A DNA stretch of 64,000 nucleotides from an archaeon GW2011_AR19 (GTDB taxonomy: Archaea; Nanobdellota; Nanobdellia; Pacearchaeales; GW2011-AR1). How positions within the stretch are numbered: position 1 is the stretch's first letter; each line of letters begins with the position of its first letter. Where the stretch lies: positions 43,569-107,568 of the forward strand of contig JWKY01000001.1 in NCBI GenBank assembly GCA_000806015.1, in the 5' to 3' direction. Below the pieces are notes generated by a model. That model was not told the DNA's origin, made no database searches, and saw only the letters and a program-made list of their open reading frames with translations. Made by a program: the position numbers and the translations under genes. Positions 58,627 to 64,000 of this stretch are shown piece by piece.

Positions 58627-58690
58627 ATTCTTATTTTTCAGCTCAACCAAAAAGATTAAATAATCTTATTTATTATGTTTTTTATGGAAA
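58627..58690 (+). promoter_or_regulatory. Duplicated ~64-bp promoter/leader unit, copy 1 (copy 2 at 59283-59347)
   Basis: attcttatttttcagctcaaccaaaaagattaaataatcttatttattatgttttttATGgaaa vs attcttattttttcagctgaaccaaaaagattaaataatcttttttattataatttttATGgaaa. Confidence 0.8.
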
Positions 58691-58854
58691 AACAAACATT
58701 TGTAACAAGAGAAGAACTAAATGAATTTATGAGACAGCTTGAGAGTATGAAATCTACAATTGAAATTCTGCAAGATAAAGAAATGATGGGTCAGCATAAA
58801 GAGAGTGAAAAACTTTTAAAAGAGGGTGTTGAACTTGAAGAATTTAAATATTAA
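58684..58854 (+). CDS. Small putative antitoxin (56 aa, not in the ORF track)
   Basis: MEKQTFVTREELNEFMRQLESMKSTIEILQDKEMMGQHKESEKLLKEGVELEEFKY*. The TIEIL.DKE.M..I.ESE....G pattern resembles RelB/YefM-type C-termini. Confidence 0.6.
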   Translation: MEKQTFVTREELNEFMRQLESMKSTIEILQDKEMMGQHKESEKLLKEGVELEEFKY

Positions 58855-59108
58855 TATATTTTATGCGTTCCTACGGCAGTTATTATAATTATTTCATTTA
58901 AATCATCAATTATGTACATTGTTCTTATATTTGAACCGAGCCAACAAGCCCATTTTCCTTCAAGTTTTCCCTTAAGAGGATGAGCCCCGCAATTTTTTCT
59001 GGGGTTTTCTTTTAGAGAATCTAATTTTTTCCTGATGTTTTCTCTTTGTTGAATATAGCTTTCTAATTTATTCATCACCTTTTTATTTGGTATTGATATC
59101 TTATACAT
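58851..59108 (-). CDS. RelE/StbE-family toxin
   Basis: L.ENPR, HPLKGKL.GKW, R..Y.I, VGTHKIY. Confidence 0.85.
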   Translation of the reverse strand: MYKISIPNKKVMNKLESYIQQRENIRKKLDSLKENPRKNCGAHPLKGKLEGKWACWLGSNIRTMYIIDDLNEIIIITAVGTHKIY

Positions 59109-59340
59109 AATAAATAAAACAGATTTTTATTTTTAAATGCATGGACTAAAAGATTATAAAGGGGTTATTGAGAAAATTGGAAAATACTTTGAGTCAATGG
59201 ACAGCAAATATTATTCTGAATTAGAAGGAAAACCGGACGATATGGAAGAATTAGTTAAGTATTTGAATAATCTTAAAATTTAATTCTTATTTTTTCAGCT
59301 GAACCAAAAAGATTAAATAATCTTTTTTATTATAATTTTT

Positions 59341-59577
59341 ATGGAAATCAAGATTAATAATTTTATTGTAGCTGATAGTAATGTTTGTGGGGGAAAACCC
59401 GTATTTAAGGGGACACGAATCATGGTTTGGCAGATTCTTGAACTTCTTGGTTCAGGAGTCAGTATTGACGAAATTCTTAAAAATTACTTTCCACAGCTTA
59501 CAAAAAAAGCAATTTTATCTGTTTTGAATTATGCATCAAAAGTTATGGAAGAAGAAAAATGTGTTTCCCTTAATTAA
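59341..59577 (+). CDS. DUF433 antitoxin (VapB45-like)
   Basis: D.NVCGGKPVFKGTRI.V..ILE.L..G.SIDEIL..Y.P.L....I...L.YA. Confidence 0.9.
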   Translation: MEIKINNFIVADSNVCGGKPVFKGTRIMVWQILELLGSGVSIDEILKNYFPQLTKKAILSVLNYASKVMEEEKCVSLN

Positions 59578-59908
59578 AATTATTTCTGATGAGAATATTC
59601 CCGTAAAACTAACATAATTATTAAAAGAAAAAGGCTTTGACATAATAAAAGCCCCTTTAAAATCAACTGACAAACAAATTTCCAAAATAGCTAAAAAAGA
59701 ATCAAGGATAATTTTGACTTTTGATAAACATTTTATTAATAAAAGATTGTTTAGTCTAAAAGAACATTTTGGAATTATTTTTATCCAGATACATCCTCCT
59801 TTAATTGATGTAGTTTTTCATTCTTTAATAAAATTATTTAATGTAGTCGATAATTTTGAAGAAAGATTATTTATCTTATCTGAACAAGGCTTTAAGATTA
59901 AAGGATAA
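59561..59908 (+). pseudogene. DUF5615 PIN-like toxin (VapC45-like) interrupted by an in-frame TAA at 59615-59617
   Basis: One frame reads VFPLIKIISDENIPVKLT*LLKEKGFD...STDKQI..IA..E.RIILTFDKHF...HFGII and continues as the ORF-track 59714..59908. Confidence 0.8.
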
Positions 59909-59909
59909 A

Positions 59910-60392
59910 TTATTTTTCTTCTTTTTCCTTTTTCTCTCCAACTTTCTTCTCAGGCAAAATTATCTTCCCGCCAGCTTTTTCAACTTTTTCTATTGCTGAG
60001 CCAGAAGAGCTTTGAGCTGTAATAATTAATTTCTTTTTAATTTCCAACTGCCCTGCCAAAATTTTGTAAGAATTTAAATTAATTTCATAAGCATCGCCTT
60101 TTCTCTTTCCAAAACTTTCTAAATTTTTATAGATTGAATCTAGATTTATCCTCTTTCTTTTATCTCTTTCTGTTTTTTTACTGGTTATTCCCTGCTTTCC
60201 AAAATAGTCATGCCCGTAAAGTTTTAAGATTAATGTTTTTTTCTGGTCTGCTCTTTTTCCTGTTCCGGCCATTCCTTTTCCTCCCCTATGACCAGAACCT
60301 TTCATTTTTTTTCTGGCGCCGGTTCCGCAAGTTCCCCTTTTTCTTCCGTGGTATCTTGATGATTTTTTTCGTTTTTTAGTTTTTATTGACAT
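59910..60392 (-). CDS. rpl15: 50S ribosomal protein uL15
   Basis: G.G.RK..KG.GHRGG.GMAG, YFGK.G, KIL, SAIEKVEKAGG. Confidence 0.93.
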   Translation of the reverse strand: MSIKTKKRKKSSRYHGRKRGTCGTGARKKMKGSGHRGGKGMAGTGKRADQKKTLILKLYGHDYFGKQGITSKKTERDKRKRINLDSIYKNLESFGKRKGDAYEINLNSYKILAGQLEIKKKLIITAQSSSGSAIEKVEKAGGKIILPEKKVGEKKEKEEK

Positions 60393-60461
60393 TTACAGCA
60401 CCCTCTCGTTCGACCACGCTTGGGCGGACGACTGAATGATTTGAATTATTTTGTATATCAT
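60393..60461 (-). other. 22-codon bridging mini-ORF MIYKIIQIIQSSAQAWSNERVL* containing a GC-rich hairpin
   Basis: ATG is 1 nt after the rpl30 TGA; its TAA directly abuts the rpl15 ATG. Confidence 0.55.
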
Positions 60462-60462
60462 T

Positions 60463-60831
60463 TCAAATCATCCTCTCTATTAATTTATTAATATGTTCTT
60501 TATTATTCCCTAAAACGCCTTTTCCTATTCCAAAATGTTTCTTTGACTCAATTCCTTTTCGCGGCGGATGCAGTCTAAATGTTGGATTATTTGGTTTTCC
60601 TCTTGCTTTTTTTAATTTTTCATAAGTTTCCTGATTAATTTCTCCAAAAGCAACAAAATCGCTTACAAATTTCACCATCCCTAATTGAGAATTATTTGGA
60701 TTTTCAAGAACGACGCAACTATATTTTTTCTTAATTCTAAGCCTGTCTAAAGTTTCTTTTATTTTTATATTAATCCCTACTTGACCTACAATTCTAATTA
60801 TTGCAATTTGAGTTTTAATTTCTGGTTTCAT
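60463..60831 (-). CDS. rpl30: 50S ribosomal protein uL30
   Basis: AIIRI.G, TL..LR, GM...V..FVA.GE, FRLHPPRKG, I..LIERM. Confidence 0.93.
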   Translation of the reverse strand: MKPEIKTQIAIIRIVGQVGINIKIKETLDRLRIKKKYSCVVLENPNNSQLGMVKFVSDFVAFGEINQETYEKLKKARGKPNNPTFRLHPPRKGIESKKHFGIGKGVLGNNKEHINKLIERMI

Positions 60832-61657
60832 TTTTAATTTGTATTTTATTTGTTTTTTTTAGAGCATCAATACAGGCTTTAACTAAATTAAAAGCCGTTT
60901 TAGTTTTTCCTGAAGTTCTGCTATAAATATCTTTAATCCCGGCAAGTTTCAAAACTTTTTTTAATTCATTTGCGACCACTAAACCGGTTCCTTGAGGAGC
61001 GGGGACTAATTTTATTCCCACACTTCCGGATTTCCCAGTAATTTTAAATGGAACGGTGTGCAACTCCTGGCAGTCACAGTCAAATGCGGAACATCCCCTT
61101 TTAATTTTGAAAATATTTAATTTAGCCTGGCGAAGTGATTTATTTCTTGCAGGAAGTGTTTCAGTTGAATTTCCGGTTCCAATACCGATATGGCCATTTT
61201 CATCTCCAACAACCGCCATTGCAGAAAATTTTAAAACATTTCCCTCCTGGGTTTTTCTTTGAGTTTGTCTCCAAGCGCGCCTTTTGCCGCCGCCAAATTT
61301 ACCTTTTGCTTGTCCAATTGAAATTAAATCTGTTTTAAGAGTTAATAATGAATCTACAATTTCCGACTCAAGAATTTTTTCATCTTTATCTAAAATTTCA
61401 TCTATGTTTTTTATTTTTCCATCTTTAACTTTTCTGCCTAATTTTGTTTTTGGGTCCCAGGATTCCATAGAAAATTGTTCTTTTTCCCAAGGTTTTTTAA
61501 AAGTTTTTTCTTTAATCGGAACTTCAGCTTCTTTTTTTAGTTCTTCTATTTCTTTTATTTCCTCTTCGTTTAAAACTTCTTCGGGCTTCTCAGCATATTC
61601 ATCTGCTGATTTTTCTTCTCCGGAAGAAGCCCCCTTGGGGCCAATTATTTTTTTCAT
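60815..61657 (-). CDS. rps5: 30S ribosomal protein uS5
   Basis: W.PKTKLG..VK.GKI, AVVGDENG.IG.G, HTVPFK..GK.GSV, PAP.GTGLV, AGIKD. Confidence 0.95.
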   Translation of the reverse strand: MKKIIGPKGASSGEEKSADEYAEKPEEVLNEEEIKEIEELKKEAEVPIKEKTFKKPWEKEQFSMESWDPKTKLGRKVKDGKIKNIDEILDKDEKILESEIVDSLLTLKTDLISIGQAKGKFGGGKRRAWRQTQRKTQEGNVLKFSAMAVVGDENGHIGIGTGNSTETLPARNKSLRQAKLNIFKIKRGCSAFDCDCQELHTVPFKITGKSGSVGIKLVPAPQGTGLVVANELKKVLKLAGIKDIYSRTSGKTKTAFNLVKACIDALKKTNKIQIKNETRN

Positions 61658-61692
61658 TTTATTTTTTGTTTACACCATTTAGGTTGTTCCAT
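61654..61692 (-). other. 12-codon bridging mini-ORF MEQPKWCKQKIK*
   Basis: ATG is 1 nt after the rpl18 TAA; its TGA overlaps the rps5 ATG (ATGA). Confidence 0.5.
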
Positions 61693-61693
61693 T

Positions 61694-62176
61694 TTAATTT
61701 TTATCCATTTTAGATTTAATTTCATCAAAAGATATTTTATTTTTTAGATGTTCCCCTTTTATTCTTGATTCATCCGGAAAATTTTCTTTTTCACATTCTA
61801 TTTTAATTCCGGAATCAATTAATCCTTTAATAAAAGCGTAGACTTTTGTTTTGTGCAACACCCTCGTCATCCCAAAATCAACAATTGGCTGACCTAATTT
61901 TTTTGATAAAATTTTCTTCCCAAAAAGATAGCCTGTTAAATAAGATGCAGGAATTGACTTAATGCTTTCTTTTTCCGACCAACCATATTTTAATAATTCT
62001 TTTGAATCAATTCCAAATATTATTTTATCCTGCGCCTCTTTGCTGACAACATACTGGGCAATTAAATATCTGTTTGTTTTTCTAAAAATAATCCTCGGTA
62101 AACTGCCTTTTAATAATTCAAATCTTTTTTTATAATCTGTTTTGTATTCTTTTCTTCTGCGTTTTAAATTTTTCAT
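61694..62176 (-). CDS. rpl18: 50S ribosomal protein uL18
   Basis: RRR.E.KTDYKKR..LLK, RKTNRY..AQ, S.EL..YGW, YLTG, RI.GEH. Confidence 0.94.
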   Translation of the reverse strand: MKNLKRRRKEYKTDYKKRFELLKGSLPRIIFRKTNRYLIAQYVVSKEAQDKIIFGIDSKELLKYGWSEKESIKSIPASYLTGYLFGKKILSKKLGQPIVDFGMTRVLHKTKVYAFIKGLIDSGIKIECEKENFPDESRIKGEHLKNKISFDEIKSKMDKN

Positions 62177-62574
62177 TTTTTATTTAAACCCCTCATATAT
62201 TTTTTAAGATCCGCCTTATTTTTAAATTCACGATTTCTTATTTTTTTTCTTATTTTTTCAAAATCTTCTTTGCTTATTTGAGAGGCTGTTCTTTCCGCAT
62301 ATCCTCTCAGTTTTCTTGTAATGATTACATATTCTTCTTTTCTTTTTTTAGCCATTTTTCTTATATTTCCGGCGCTTCTTCTTCCTTTTCTTTCAATTTT
62401 TTTTCTTCCTTTAATTTTTTTGAGAATTATTGCTCCGCTGGCAACTAAATCTCTAATATCTTGTTTCGTAATGGCTTCTTTAATTTCATCTTTTCTTGAT
62501 TCTATAAATACAATTCTCTTTTTTCCAATGCCAAAAGTTCTTGCTATCAATTCTTTTTTATTTCTGAGGTTCAT
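62173..62574 (-). CDS. rpl19e: 50S ribosomal protein eL19
   Basis: MNL..KK.L.AR..GIG..RI, I.EAITKQDIR.L...G.I. Start placed at the ATG at 62574; the longer ORF-track N-terminus derives from the repeat. Confidence 0.92.
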   Translation of the reverse strand: MNLRNKKELIARTFGIGKKRIVFIESRKDEIKEAITKQDIRDLVASGAIILKKIKGRKKIERKGRRSAGNIRKMAKKRKEEYVIITRKLRGYAERTASQISKEDFEKIRKKIRNREFKNKADLKKYMRGLNKK

Positions 62575-62650
62575 TATGAAAAACTCCTGTTTTTTATCAT
62601 TATGCAAAATTTCCTGTTTTGTATCACTATGAAAAACTCCTGTTTTTTAT
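62572..62650. repeat. Three tandem 26/27/26-bp palindromic units
   Basis: cattatgaaaaactcctgttttttat / cattatgcaaaatttcctgttttgtat / cactatgaaaaactcctgttttttat. Confidence 0.88.
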
Positions 62651-62673
62651 TTTGGAAAATTTATTTTTCATTT

Positions 62674-63063
62674 TTATGTTTTTTTAATCTCATTTTTTGG
62701 TTTCGTGTTTAATTTCAAAAATTTTTCAGGATTCATATTATATAATTCAATTTTCATTTCTTTTGCTTTATTTGCTATTTCAATTTTTTTCTTTTTTCCA
62801 ACTCCCCCAATTATTGCGATTTCATTTTCTTTTATTTTTTCTAATTCTCTTAGATTATTAATTTTTACAGGTTTTTTATCCATTAATTTATCTCTTGATT
62901 TTTTGTTTGACCTGTAACCTATACTAACTACTGCAGGATAGCCTTTTCTTTTTTCTCTCATTTTATTATCCCTTCCAGTAGGCTTTCTCCAAACTTGTTT
63001 TTTCTTTCTTCTTTTTCCAAGTTTAGAATATCTGCTCCAGGTTCTTCTTAAAAATTTGACCAT
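62674..63063 (-). CDS. rpl32e: 50S ribosomal protein eL32
   Basis: F.R, WRKP.G..NKMR..RKG.P..V.IGY, VG.KKK.EI. Confidence 0.93.
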   Translation of the reverse strand: MVKFLRRTWSRYSKLGKRRKKKQVWRKPTGRDNKMREKRKGYPAVVSIGYRSNKKSRDKLMDKKPVKINNLRELEKIKENEIAIIGGVGKKKKIEIANKAKEMKIELYNMNPEKFLKLNTKPKNEIKKT

Positions 63064-63064
63064 T

Positions 63065-63595
63065 TTAAATTAATTTTCCCGATTTATTTATAATATAGAT
63101 CCCATCTTGAAAAATTCTTCTGTCTTTATTCCTTACTTTTGTTATTTTTTCTAAATTTGCAGCGGTCTGTCCGGCAACCTCTTTGTTTACAGAAGTTACG
63201 GTAATTATGTCTTTATCCAATTTAACTTCTACCTTTTTTGGGAGTTCAACTTTTCTGTCAACTTTTTCACCGAGAAAATTCTTGATTATTGCTTTATTTT
63301 CTTCAAATTTTACGGTCATGGGAAAGTGGCTTGAACATATTTTTAGTTTATATTCAAATTTTTTCTTAACCCCCAGAATCATATTCTTAATATGCGCAGT
63401 AGAAGTATTAATTATTTTTTTCTCTTTTTTTGTCATCCTGTCGCAGCTAAAAATTAATTTTTTCTCTTTTTTTTCTAAATTAATTTTTCCAAGATTAAAT
63501 TCTCTGGAATTTTCTCCTTCGGGGCCTTTAACAACCAATTCATTTCCTTTCATTTCTGCTTCCACTCCTTCGGGAATCTCAATTTCTTGATTCAT
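63065..63595 (-). CDS. rpl6: 50S ribosomal protein uL6
   Basis: IEIPEGV, VKGP.GE, HIKNMI.GV, HFPM, NFLGEK, GQTAANLE, DRRIFQDGIYI. Start placed at the ATG at 63595. Confidence 0.95.
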   Translation of the reverse strand: MNQEIEIPEGVEAEMKGNELVVKGPEGENSREFNLGKINLEKKEKKLIFSCDRMTKKEKKIINTSTAHIKNMILGVKKKFEYKLKICSSHFPMTVKFEENKAIIKNFLGEKVDRKVELPKKVEVKLDKDIITVTSVNKEVAGQTAANLEKITKVRNKDRRIFQDGIYIINKSGKLI

Positions 63596-63596
63596 T

Positions 63597-63977
63597 TTAA
63601 TAAAAATATGCAATTAAGCATCCTCCTATTTTCTCATTTTCAGCTTCTTTATGCGTCATTAAACCTTTGTTTGTGGAGATAATTAAAACTCCTAAGTTTC
63701 TAGAAGGCAAATATCTTTGTTTATATTTTTCAATATCTTCTTTTGTAACAGTAAATCGCGGTTTAACTGATTTGCATTCGGATAATTCCCCAATCGTTAT
63801 TTGAATAGATTTTTCATCGGGATCTATCCTATATCTTTTGATTGCGTTTTCTTGTTTCATTATTTTTAGAACTTCTATTAAAAGATTTGAAATCCTATTT
63901 ATCTTTATGATTTCTTTTCCTGCTCTCTTTGCATTTTTAATCATATTCAATGCATCAGCAACAACATCATGCGACAT
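63597..63977 (-). CDS. rps8: 30S ribosomal protein uS8
   Basis: D.VADAL..IKNA, KPRF, YLP....G.LIIST.KGLMTH.EA...KIGG.LIAY.Y. Confidence 0.95.
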   Translation of the reverse strand: MSHDVVADALNMIKNAKRAGKEIIKINRISNLLIEVLKIMKQENAIKRYRIDPDEKSIQITIGELSECKSVKPRFTVTKEDIEKYKQRYLPSRNLGVLIISTNKGLMTHKEAENEKIGGCLIAYFY

Positions 63978-64000
63978 TTTTTATTTCTCCAAATTTATTT

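Noticed and set aside
59615..59617. Stop-codon reassignment
   Set aside because: Single case; TAA, TAG and TGA all terminate conserved genes normally in this window.
62572..62650. Possible CRISPR array
   Set aside because: Units are contiguous with no unique spacers, there are only three copies, and no cas genes are present.
63510..63530. ggccccgaagg (GPEG) in rpl6 resembling the GPKG micro-element
   Set aside because: KGP(K/E)GE is a native conserved motif of uL6, and the second hairpin is absent.
1..64000. Transposase, integrase, reverse transcriptase, rRNA or tRNA genes
   Set aside because: No ORF with DDE, HUH, tyrosine/serine recombinase or RT motifs and no RNA-gene-like stretch was recognised; any mobiliser of the repeats would have to lie outside the window.

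Overview
AT-rich archaeal chromosomal segment. The archaeal ribosomal proteins (eL19, eL32), AglB, prefoldin alpha, EMC3/DUF106 and a Cys-rich C-x-DSDGG surface protein suggest a DPANN archaeon, most likely Pacearchaeota/Woesearchaeota; this placement is inferred. About 1-50 kb is a large surface-glycosylation region: AglB, AglH-like GlcNAc-1-P transferase, flippase, about 10 glycosyltransferases, a heptose module (GmhA, HldE-like, GT9), three DegT aminotransferases, a His-type 3-dehydratase, TPP E1 alpha/beta, a carbamoyltransferase, two C-methyltransferases and three radical SAM enzymes. About 50-55.5 kb is an accessory block bracketed by two inverted copies of a structured 120-bp repeat. 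About 55.8-64 kb is the spc-type ribosomal protein operon with toxin-antitoxin cassettes inserted between rpl15 and secY. The most unusual signals lie below the gene level. (i) Families of 20-55 bp palindromic micro-elements occur in spacers and also as in-frame inserts in proteins (a GT4 enzyme and ribosomal protein uS5). (ii) The three enlarged spacers among the ribosomal protein genes and one in the heptose operon are bridged end-to-end by tiny ORFs that begin at the upstream stop and end on the downstream start codon. (iii) A dispersed repeat carries a bulged hairpin with compensatory base changes. All product calls come from motif recognition by eye; no database search was run.
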